Source: a bacterium (GTDB taxonomy: Bacteria > Verrucomicrobiota > Verrucomicrobiia > Limisphaerales > RI-55). From it: DNA of 64,000 nucleotides. Positions 18,975 to 26,401 of the stretch are shown piece by piece (the stretch's first letter is position 1; every line of letters begins with the position of its first letter). The translations under genes and the position numbers were made by a program. The stretch spans positions 5,553 to 69,552 of the forward strand of contig JANLTG010000034.1 of NCBI GenBank assembly GCA_031362805.1. Reading direction: 5' to 3'. The notes beneath the pieces are model-generated. The model saw only the letters and a list, made by a program, of their open reading frames with translations, did not search any database and was not told where the DNA came from.

Positions 18975-19044
18975 ACTGTGATTCGTGAAATCACTCGCCG
19001 CCAACTCACCGTTTAACTCCGTCTCCCACTAACTTTGAATCCCT

Positions 19045-20124
19045 ATGTCCGTTGACAGCAGCGCCATCAAGAAAGCCCAGGACCAACTCGACGCGCACGT
19101 GCGCGAGATCATCGAGTGGCATTTTAATCCCGCGACCGGCTGCCCGTTCTGGCTGGGCTGGGCGAAGACTGCCGGCTGGGATCCACGCGCCGAAGTGAAG
19201 AACTTCGCCGACATCATCGCCAAGTTTGGACACTTCAAGGATGAGTCATTGCGCGACGAACAGCCCGAGGTCTGGGTGCCCGCGCAGTTCAAAGGCAAAC
19301 CGTTCAACATCTTCGAGACGGGCGGCACCACCGGCATGCCCAAGCAGCGCATCGGCTGGAACGACTACAAGGTCGATTACTCGGAGTTCAGCGAGAAGAT
19401 CAGCGACGAGCATTTCCCGCGCGGCGGCGCGTGGCTGATGATGGGACCGACTGGCCCGCGCCGGCTGCGGCTGGCGATCGAGCATCTCGCCAACGTGCGC
19501 GGCAGCTCGTGCTACTTCATCGATCTCGACCCGCGCTTCGTGAAGAAGGTGATCAGCGCGAAGCAATTCGACGTGGCCAAGTCCTACATGGCGCACGTCG
19601 TCGATCAGGCGGCGACGATTCTCAAGCACCGCAAGGTCACGGGCTTGTTCACGACCCCGAAGCTGCTTGAAGCCATCGCGGAGAAAGTGAATCTCTGGGA
19701 CGCCGGCATCCGCGGCGTGTTCTGCGGCGGCACGTCGATGAAGCCGCAGGAAGTGCGCTTCATCGTCGAGGAGTTGCTCGAAGGCCGCATCGGATTCTAT
19801 CCGACCTACGGCAACACCCTCATGGGGCTGGCCGCCAGTGTGCCGCTCCTGCCCGAGGACAACTTCAGCGTGACCTATTATGCGCCGCAACCGCGCGCCG
19901 TGTTGCGCGTCGTGAACTCGAACAAGACCGACGAACTCGTGCCCTGCGGCGAGTTTGGCCGCGTCGAACTCACGACGCTGACGAAGGAGTTCTTCATGCC
20001 GCGCTTCCTCGAGCGCGACGAGGCCATCCGCCGCGCACCGCGCGCGCCCTATGCCTGGGATGGCGTCGGCGATGTCCGCCCTTTCGGCGCGATGGAGAAG
20101 AACATCGTCGAGGGGGTGTATTGA
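19045..20124 (+). CDS. Adenylate-forming enzyme, PaaK / LuxE-like (phenylacetate-CoA ligase / acyl-protein synthetase superfamily)
   Basis: 359-aa ORF. FETGGTTGMPKQR is equivalent to the SSGTTGKP AMP-binding P-loop. YPTYGNTLMG is like the YG-TE motif. The protein is short, similar in size to PaaK and LuxE. Confidence 0.65.
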   Translation: MSVDSSAIKKAQDQLDAHVREIIEWHFNPATGCPFWLGWAKTAGWDPRAEVKNFADIIAKFGHFKDESLRDEQPEVWVPAQFKGKPFNIFETGGTTGMPKQRIGWNDYKVDYSEFSEKISDEHFPRGGAWLMMGPTGPRRLRLAIEHLANVRGSSCYFIDLDPRFVKKVISAKQFDVAKSYMAHVVDQAATILKHRKVTGLFTTPKLLEAIAEKVNLWDAGIRGVFCGGTSMKPQEVRFIVEELLEGRIGFYPTYGNTLMGLAASVPLLPEDNFSVTYYAPQPRAVLRVVNSNKTDELVPCGEFGRVELTTLTKEFFMPRFLERDEAIRRAPRAPYAWDGVGDVRPFGAMEKNIVEGVY

Positions 20125-20130
20125 CCGCGC

Positions 20131-20721
20131 TTGCGTCGCCAGCTTACGGCGACAATGTTGTCAGCCAGCATGGATACGACGGATACATTGGCGCGGAGGC
20201 TGGGAACCACGACTCATGTCTCGGGGCTCCTGCGCAAGGCGCATGGGCTGGGGCTGAGTTCACCGCGTGCGCTGCAAACGCTCGCCGTCCAACGTGGCTG
20301 TCGCCACTATGCACAAGGCGATGAGCCCGGTACACCTCTGGTGTCTGAGGAACAGCTTTCCAACGAAGAACTGGCGATTGCCCTCCTGAATGTCGCTCTT
20401 CGCTACGACCCGGAAAGCGTCCGTTGCGGCGCTGCGATGTTAAGTGCGGAAGGAAATTTGCCAGAATGGTTGGCCTGGCTGGCCACGCTTGAACGCAGCG
20501 TGGTGCCCGTTCGCCACGTGGCGGATGCTGGCACACGCTACGAACCAACAAATCCATTTTGGCGCGAACTTCTCTCCAGGCTGCCGGCTACCGCCGCCCC
20601 CAAACCAGGAGTGCTACCGCACCCAACCCGGTTTGTCGCCATGACCGGCTTTACCCGCTCCGGCCCCGGACAGGTGACCCAGTGGCTGCGCCCGGCGCAC
20701 AACCGGCAAGTCGCGGCATGA
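20131..20721 (+). CDS. Hypothetical protein with a possible N-terminal HTH, upstream partner of the NTase-fold gene
   Basis: 196-aa ORF starting 6 nt after the ligase stop. DTLARRLGTTTHVSGLLRKAHGLGL looks like a helix-turn-helix. Its stop overlaps the next ATG (ATGA at 20718-20721). The start is uncertain because several in-frame Met codons are present. Confidence 0.4.
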   Translation: MRRQLTATMLSASMDTTDTLARRLGTTTHVSGLLRKAHGLGLSSPRALQTLAVQRGCRHYAQGDEPGTPLVSEEQLSNEELAIALLNVALRYDPESVRCGAAMLSAEGNLPEWLAWLATLERSVVPVRHVADAGTRYEPTNPFWRELLSRLPATAAPKPGVLPHPTRFVAMTGFTRSGPGQVTQWLRPAHNRQVAA

Positions 20722-21287
20722 CCAACGCCGAGCGCATCGTGCGGGAGCTGGATCGACACCTCGATCACGCGGTGCGATTGGTGTTGTACGGTCGGGCCGC
20801 CATCGCCCTGAGTTTCCCTGACGCGTCGCCGTCGGTCAGACTGTCGCTCGACGTCGACGTGATCATCCCCATCCAGGAGCTTGAGTCCTTTCAAGCGGAC
20901 ACCGGATTTTGGGCCGCGCAGGACGCAGTGAATCGCAAGCTGGAAGGCGAAGGTCTCTACATCACTCATCTGTTTACCGCCAACGACGTGTTCCTGCGCC
21001 CCGATTGGGAGCGGCACGTTGTCCCCATCCACCTGCCGGATCTGCGTTGGCTCAGCCTGGCGCGTCCGGCGACCATTGATCTCGTCCTGACCAAGATGAT
21101 GCGCGGCGCGGACCCCATCGATGCGGCAGATCTTGAGTTCCTCATCCGACATGATCGAATCAAGCCGACGGAATTGGAGGACGCAATTGCTGTGGCTGCC
21201 ATCCCTGATGTTCCCGAGCTTCACGAATTGTTTGAGCACGCGAAACCAGTTGTCCGCTCGCTCGCGCAAAGAATCTCCAACGAGTAA
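20718..21287 (+). CDS. Nucleotidyltransferase-fold protein (DUF6036 / AbiEii-like, assigned from motifs only)
   Basis: The track ORF is 20559-21287. The ATG at 20718 gives MTNAERIVRELDRHL... VLYGRAAIALSF...SLDVDVIIP fits the NTase G-x(n)-D-x-D pattern. LTKMMRGADPIDAADLEFLI is typical of this family's C-terminus. Confidence 0.55.
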   Translation: MTNAERIVRELDRHLDHAVRLVLYGRAAIALSFPDASPSVRLSLDVDVIIPIQELESFQADTGFWAAQDAVNRKLEGEGLYITHLFTANDVFLRPDWERHVVPIHLPDLRWLSLARPATIDLVLTKMMRGADPIDAADLEFLIRHDRIKPTELEDAIAVAAIPDVPELHELFEHAKPVVRSLAQRISNE

Positions 21288-21297
21288 CTTCAAACCC

Positions 21298-22731
21298 ATG
21301 ACCATCCCCCATCTCCCCGTCCTGCGCCTCGGGCGCGCCTACGAGTCCCTCGACAAGGTCGAGGTCAAGGACCACCGCACTGGCGAGGTCAAAGCTCTCG
21401 TCTCCACCGTCAACGGCGGCATCGTCAAACGCGACCTCGCCAAGATCGGCTCCGCGCGCGCCTCATTGAAGAAGTTCACGGTCGCTCAGCTCATGGAAAT
21501 GAGCGCCAAGGCCGGCGAGCTGTTCCTCAACGGCACGTTGCCGTTCGGCGACCAGGGCCACACGCAGACTGCGCCGCAATACGTCGAGACGCTGTCGCAG
21601 ACGTCCGGCCTGCCGCACGTGATGGTCAAGCGCAACATGACGAAGATCCACTACGCGCTCACGAACATGAAGTTCGTGCTCAACGGACTTTCGCGCGGGC
21701 TCGATCTCTCGATCCTTGATCGCGGCACAGGCGAACAGTTCGGCACCAAGCTCTCGTTCTTCCCCACGTGCTCGGCGCTCGGCCTCGTCATGCCGAGCAA
21801 TTCGCCGGCGGTGAACTCGCTGTGGATTCCCGCCATCTCGCTCAAGACGCCCGTCGTCATCAAGCCGGGCAAAGAGGAACCGTGGACGCCCTACCGGTTG
21901 ATCCAGGCATTCATCGCCGCCGGTGTGCCCGCCGAGGCGTTTGGTTTTTATCCGACTGATCACGACGGCGCCGCCACGATTTTGAACAACTGCGGTCGCG
22001 CGCTGATTTTCGGCGACAAGAACACGATGGCGCAGTACGCGAACAATCCGGCCATCCAGTTGCACGGACCCGGTTGGAGCAAGTTCATCATTGGCGACGA
22101 CTGCATTGAGAACTGGCGTGATTATCTCGACGTCATCGTCGGTGCCATCAGCGACAACGGCGGGCGGTCCTGCATCAACGCCTCGGCGGTGGTCGTCCCG
22201 AAGTATGGCGCGGAGATCGCCGATGCGCTCGCGCAGAAGCTGGGCCCCGTGCAGCCCACGCGTCCGGACGACGAGAAGGCGCGCCTCTCCGGTTTTGCCA
22301 ACGTGAAGATGGCGGACTTCATCGATGCGCAGATCGACGAAGGGCTCAAGACACCCGGTGCCGTGGATGCGACCGCGAAGTATCGCAACGGCCCGCGCAA
22401 GGCCGAATTCGAGGGCGGCACCTATATGCGGCCGACCATTGTGCAGTGCGACTCGTTTGCTCACCCCCTCGCGAACAAGGAATTCCTCTGCCCGTACGCC
22501 AGCGTTGTCACGTGCCCGCAGAAGGACATGCTGCACCAGATCGGCTACAGCCTCGCCGTGAGCGCGATCACGAAGGACGCGGCGTTCATCGACGAGCTGC
22601 AGGCCTTCGGCGAAATCGACCGCCTGAACATCGGCCCCGTCTCGACCATGGCCATCTCGTGGGATCAGCCGCACGAGGGCAATATGTTCGAGTTCCTCTG
22701 GAAACGCCGCTCCATCGAGCGCGCGTGGTGA
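21298..22731 (+). CDS. Aldehyde dehydrogenase superfamily protein (possibly LuxC-like acyl reductase)
   Basis: The track ORF is 21121-22731. The ATG at 21298 gives MTIPHLPVLRLGRAYESLD (477 aa). ALDH-type features: NSPAVNSLWIPAISLKTPVVIKPG, candidate catalytic Cys in GGRSCINASAVVVP. The start lies 10 nt after the preceding stop. Confidence 0.8.
   Translation: MTIPHLPVLRLGRAYESLDKVEVKDHRTGEVKALVSTVNGGIVKRDLAKIGSARASLKKFTVAQLMEMSAKAGELFLNGTLPFGDQGHTQTAPQYVETLSQTSGLPHVMVKRNMTKIHYALTNMKFVLNGLSRGLDLSILDRGTGEQFGTKLSFFPTCSALGLVMPSNSPAVNSLWIPAISLKTPVVIKPGKEEPWTPYRLIQAFIAAGVPAEAFGFYPTDHDGAATILNNCGRALIFGDKNTMAQYANNPAIQLHGPGWSKFIIGDDCIENWRDYLDVIVGAISDNGGRSCINASAVVVPKYGAEIADALAQKLGPVQPTRPDDEKARLSGFANVKMADFIDAQIDEGLKTPGAVDATAKYRNGPRKAEFEGGTYMRPTIVQCDSFAHPLANKEFLCPYASVVTCPQKDMLHQIGYSLAVSAITKDAAFIDELQAFGEIDRLNIGPVSTMAISWDQPHEGNMFEFLWKRRSIERAW
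22631..22731 (+). repeat. Direct repeat copy 1 (last 33 codons plus stop of the ALDH gene)
   Basis: 96 of 101 nt are identical to 23561-23661, by hand alignment block by block. Confidence 0.9.
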
Positions 22732-22771
22732 GGCAGCGCGCCAAGCACGACCAAAGTTCAGAGAAATGCGC

Positions 22772-23095
22772 TTAACAAGCCGCAGTGGATTGTAAAGCCA
22801 ACGCCTGCCTTACAACTTCGGCCACGGTCTTTGTTGTAATCCGGCGCCGCCTGCAGTAACCGGATTCAAGCCATGCGGACAGCAGTTTGTTGCCTTTGCT
22901 CGAGTTGCACGAGACGCAGCATCTCGCGATGTTCTCTCGTGTGACTATCCTGACATCGTTGACGATATGCTCCCAGGTGGCCATCACTTTTCTGTTTGTC
23001 TCGGTTGACCCAAATGCAACTCGGCAGTATACGCAGCGCGTGTCCCGCTTGGTAACTTCTCTTTCCAGCCAGTCAGGTATGTTCCAACGGTTCAT
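22772..23095 (-). CDS. HNH endonuclease
   Basis: 107-aa ORF. CVYC...WEHIVND...NIARCCVSCNSSKG matches the classic CxxC / H-N / CxxC-N-x2-K HNH arrangement. Confidence 0.7.
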   Translation of the reverse strand: MNRWNIPDWLEREVTKRDTRCVYCRVAFGSTETNRKVMATWEHIVNDVRIVTRENIARCCVSCNSSKGNKLLSAWLESGYCRRRRITTKTVAEVVRQALALQSTAAC

Positions 23096-23134
23096 CGTCT
23101 TCAGTTCGACCGACGCTTTGTTTGCCGTGCCCTT

Positions 23135-23518
23135 TTAGTGCTCCCACAGCCACAAGGCCAGCAGGTAGACGATTCCCACCAAGTACAGGCCGCCGAAAAG
23201 GTGTTGGTTGTAGCGCGCGAGCCATGGCGGCAGGTAGATGTCGAAGTTAGGTCGCCGGTCCGCCGTGAAGCGTGCGGCCAGCGGTGTTAGCGGGCACCGC
23301 ATCCGGTTGACGACGAGCACGACCACTTCTCCCAGCACGACGCTGATGCAACCGAGCGCCCAAGCGAACTCGCCCCGGCCTGCGAACACGTAGATGCCCC
23401 CGATGCACGCGACCATGAACGCCCAAATCATGGTGTGCAGAACTTTGATCAAGACGAGCATGCGATGTATTCCCGACCGCGCCTCGCTTGCCTGACGCAC
23501 CGCGCGAACCGCGTTCAT
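23135..23518 (-). CDS. Small integral membrane protein, DUF2784-like
   Basis: The track ORF is 23135-23875. The ATG at 23518 (127 aa) or 23461 (108 aa) is more plausible. There are three or four hydrophobic helices and an RCPLTPLA motif reminiscent of DUF2784 (CPLTPLE). Confidence 0.5.
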   Translation of the reverse strand: MNAVRAVRQASEARSGIHRMLVLIKVLHTMIWAFMVACIGGIYVFAGRGEFAWALGCISVVLGEVVVLVVNRMRCPLTPLAARFTADRRPNFDIYLPPWLARYNQHLFGGLYLVGIVYLLALWLWEH

Positions 23519-23560
23519 GGGCGGAGCGTAGGTCCGGCCAAATACTTGTCCAGCGCAAGG

Positions 23561-23661
23561 TCGACCCCGTCTCGACCATGGCCATCTCGTGGGATCAGCC
23601 GCACGAGGGCAATATGTTCGAGTTCCTCTGGAAGCGCCGCAGCATCGAGCGCGCGTGGTAA
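23561..23661 (+). repeat. Direct repeat copy 2 (orphan copy of the ALDH gene 3' end, still reading ...DPVSTMAISWDQPHEGNMFEFLWKRRSIERAW*)
   Basis: The offset from copy 1 is exactly 930 bp. Differences: g/a at position 4 (Gly to Asp), aaa/aag (Lys), tcc/agc (Ser), tga/taa (stop). The upstream sequence is not homologous to the ALDH gene. Confidence 0.9.
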
Positions 23662-23883
23662 GAAACGGCTGGATTGCCAAATGGCAGCAGTCACCGCCCA
23701 CCCGCGGCCCATTCGCCGGGCGGTCAGGACGCAATTGGGCGCCCGACAACCCATTCTGCCGGATGCTTTCTCCCAGCAAATCACCGGGCTCAATGACTTG
23801 TTGAGCCTGATGGTGATCTCGTTTTCTCCAACGGTTTGCAATTTTGATCGCACTTTCTCCGCGTCTGGCTTCCATAGAGCCTC

Positions 23884-25365
23884 ATGCACATGACGGAGCC
23901 CGGCTTGAACGCTGATGTTCTGGTAGCTCCCACTACCATTGGAAAAAGCTGTGCCTTGCTCAAAAGGACGCCATTCACCGCGTTGAGCGTCGCCGCCCTG
24001 GTTCTCCTCGCGGGCTGCGTTCACTACCAACCCCAGCCGGTTGCATTGGACCAGACCGCCCAGGCACTCGAGTCCCGATCGTTGACCAACGCCGACCTTC
24101 GCCAGTTCCTATCAACGAATGTCGGGCGCGAATTTCCTGAGTGGCCGCCGCCGGCGTGGGATTTCGAGACGTTGAACGGGGTGGCGTTCTACTATCATCC
24201 TTCGCTCGACGTGGCACGGGCGCAGTGGGCGGTCGCCACGGCGGGCCGCAAGACGGCTGCCGGCCGGCCCAATCCCACCGCGGGCGTCGCGCCCGGCTAC
24301 AACTTCAATGCGGCCAGCGGGGTCTCGCCCTGGATCCCCGGCCTGTCCTTCGACTGGCCCGTCGAGACCGCAGGCAAGCGAGGCAAACGCATGACGCGCG
24401 CGGATTTTCTCGCACAGTCGGCGCGGCTCAACCTCACCACGACCGCCTGGCAGGTTCGCAGTTCGTTGCGGATGGCCGTGATCGAGTCCGCCGGGGCGAC
24501 GCGGCGGCGCGAGTTGCTGCAAGCTCAGCTGAGCGCTCAACGAACGATGGTCAATTTGCTGGAGCAACGGTTGCAGGCGGGGAATGCCTCGGCAGTGGAG
24601 CTTTCCTCGGCGCGTTTACCACTGGTGAAACTTCAGGCGGAAAGTGCCGATGCCGCCCGCGTGGAGATCGAGAGCCGGTCCCGGCTCGCGGAAGCGATCG
24701 GTGTTCCGGCCCGGGCAATCGAAACGCTGCGGATTCAAGATCAGTTCCCGGCTTCCATTCCGATCCTGCCTGCACCGGATGATGCCCGCCGTGGCGCGTT
24801 GCAACATCGGGCCGACGTTCTTTCCGCGCTGTCCCTTTATGAAGCGAGCCAGTCCAATCTCCAGGTTGAGATCGCCCGGCAATATCCGGATCTGCATCTC
24901 GGCAGCGGCTATCAGTGGGATCAGGGCGAGAACAAATGGAACCTCGCGCTCACGATGGAGTTACCATTGCTCAATCACAACGAAGGCCCGATCGCCGAGG
25001 CCGAGGCGCGTCGTCGCGAGGCCGCCGCGCAATTGCTCGCGGTGCAGGCCCGCGTCATCGCCGAGAGCGACCGTGCGGCTGCGCTGGCGCGCGCCTCCGC
25101 CGGGCAACTGGTCGCCGTGGAGCGCGTGCGCCAGGAGTTGCGCGAGCGCCTAGTCCAGACGGAAGCCCGCCTGGAACTCGGTGGCGCCGACCAGCTCGAA
25201 GTCCAGTCCGCGAGAACTGAATTGAGCGCGAGTGAGCTGGCTCTGCTCGATACCAGGGTGAAAATGGCCCAGGCCGCCGGCCAGCTGGAGGACGCGTTGC
25301 AGATTCCCTTCAAGGCGCTGGCCGCCATCGAACACGACCGTCAACCGCCCACGAAGAAAGACTGA
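23884..25365 (+). CDS. Outer-membrane efflux protein (TolC/CzcC/NodT-type OMF lipoprotein)
   Basis: 493-aa ORF. Lipobox LVLLAGC. Two TolC-like repeats with coiled-coil segments. An in-frame TTG at 23956 would give a compact signal peptide (LLKRTPFTALSVAALVLLAGC). Confidence 0.8.
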   Translation: MHMTEPGLNADVLVAPTTIGKSCALLKRTPFTALSVAALVLLAGCVHYQPQPVALDQTAQALESRSLTNADLRQFLSTNVGREFPEWPPPAWDFETLNGVAFYYHPSLDVARAQWAVATAGRKTAAGRPNPTAGVAPGYNFNAASGVSPWIPGLSFDWPVETAGKRGKRMTRADFLAQSARLNLTTTAWQVRSSLRMAVIESAGATRRRELLQAQLSAQRTMVNLLEQRLQAGNASAVELSSARLPLVKLQAESADAARVEIESRSRLAEAIGVPARAIETLRIQDQFPASIPILPAPDDARRGALQHRADVLSALSLYEASQSNLQVEIARQYPDLHLGSGYQWDQGENKWNLALTMELPLLNHNEGPIAEAEARRREAAAQLLAVQARVIAESDRAAALARASAGQLVAVERVRQELRERLVQTEARLELGGADQLEVQSARTELSASELALLDTRVKMAQAAGQLEDALQIPFKALAAIEHDRQPPTKKD

Positions 25366-25367
25366 TT

Positions 25368-26354
25368 GTGAAACGAACCCTGATCGCAATTCTCGTCGGA
25401 CTGGCGTTGGGCGCGGCCGGCACCTGGATGTTCCTGAGCCGCCACACGCTGACAGACGCGCCCAGCGAGGAACACAAGGAGACGGCGAAGGAACCCGTCG
25501 CGGCCCACCCTTCGGCCGAGCTGAAACTAAGCCGGGACATGCAGGCCGCCGCGGGATTGAAAACCGAACCACCGCAAGCCGTCGAGTGGAAGCCGGAGAT
25601 CAAGGGCTATGGCCGCGTCCTCGACTCTGCTCCGTTACTGACGGCCGCGCTCGACATGGATGTCGCGCTGGCCGCGCTGACTGCGTCAGCGAAGGAGCAC
25701 GCACGACTGGCCGCCTTGTTTGCGCAAAACCAGAACGCTTCCCAGCAGGCCCTGGAGACGGGCGAGGCGGTACTGAAGCGTGATCAACTTCTGCTCGCTG
25801 CTGCGCGCGCCCGCCTGGTGACTGCGTGGGGCTCAAATCTTGCGACGCGCGCCGACCTGCCAGCCCTCGCCCCATCGCTGGCATCCCTGCAGAGTGCGAT
25901 CATCCGCATGGATCTGCTGCCGGGCCAGGCCTGGGAACCGACGCCCACCGTACAGGTCGCGCCGCTTACGATGGCGGACAAATGGTCCCCGGCGGAGTTC
26001 CTGGGCAGGGCACCGAGCGCCGATCCGCAGGGCCAGGGGCTGGCGTTCCTGTTTCTGCTACGCACCAACGCGCCGGCGCCCGGGACCGCGCTGGTGGGAT
26101 TGCTGCCTGCGTCCGGAACCGCGGAACCGGGTTGGAGACTGCCCTCCGACGCCCTGATCCGCCACGAGGGTGCGGTCTGGCTTTACGTGCAGACGGGCGA
26201 TGACACGTTTGTACGCCGACCCGTCACTCTGGACCGGCGTTTGGCGGACGACTGGTTTGTCACGGAAGGGATCTCGGCTACGACTCGGCTGGTGGTCACC
26301 GGCGCGCAGCTTTTGCTTTCCGAACAACTCAAAGGCGCCGGCGGTGAGGAGTAG
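25368..26354 (+). CDS. Efflux RND periplasmic adaptor (membrane fusion protein), short form
   Basis: 328 aa. N-terminal TM helix (MKRTLIAILVGLALGAAGTWMFL), an alpha-hairpin region, and a C-terminal beta-barrel-like segment ...AVWLYVQTGDDTFVRRPVTL...VTEGISATTRLVVTGAQLL. It starts 2 nt after the OMF stop. Confidence 0.65.
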   Translation: MKRTLIAILVGLALGAAGTWMFLSRHTLTDAPSEEHKETAKEPVAAHPSAELKLSRDMQAAAGLKTEPPQAVEWKPEIKGYGRVLDSAPLLTAALDMDVALAALTASAKEHARLAALFAQNQNASQQALETGEAVLKRDQLLLAAARARLVTAWGSNLATRADLPALAPSLASLQSAIIRMDLLPGQAWEPTPTVQVAPLTMADKWSPAEFLGRAPSADPQGQGLAFLFLLRTNAPAPGTALVGLLPASGTAEPGWRLPSDALIRHEGAVWLYVQTGDDTFVRRPVTLDRRLADDWFVTEGISATTRLVVTGAQLLLSEQLKGAGGEE

Positions 26355-26401
26355 CCGCCTTGATCGCCCCTAACCGCCGATTCATGTCCACGAATTGATC
26401 C

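Larger units (their letters stand above)
22732..23560. mobile_element. Candidate inserted cassette (HNH nuclease plus DUF2784-like gene) bracketed by the 101-bp direct repeat. No recombinase is present.
   Basis: It is flanked by the two repeat copies. The HNH gene is visibly AT-richer (31 GC in the 60 nt at 22772-22831 by hand count) than its neighbours. Both genes lie on the strand opposite to the surrounding operons. Confidence 0.35.

Noticed and set aside
18078-19004. 308-aa minus-strand ORF
   Set aside because: It is antisense to the second PQQ-propeller gene.
21463-22674. 403-aa minus-strand ORF
   Set aside because: It is antisense to the ALDH-family CDS, with no motifs and Arg-rich composition.
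23662-24030. ORFs 23515-24030 (minus), 23589-23804 (plus) and 23790-23978 (minus) between the orphan repeat copy and the efflux OMF gene, as a possible remnant gene of the displaced locus
   Set aside because: The translations show no recognisable motif. Part of them is simply an out-of-frame or antisense reading of the repeat copy and of the OMF gene start. A decayed pseudogene cannot be excluded without a database search.
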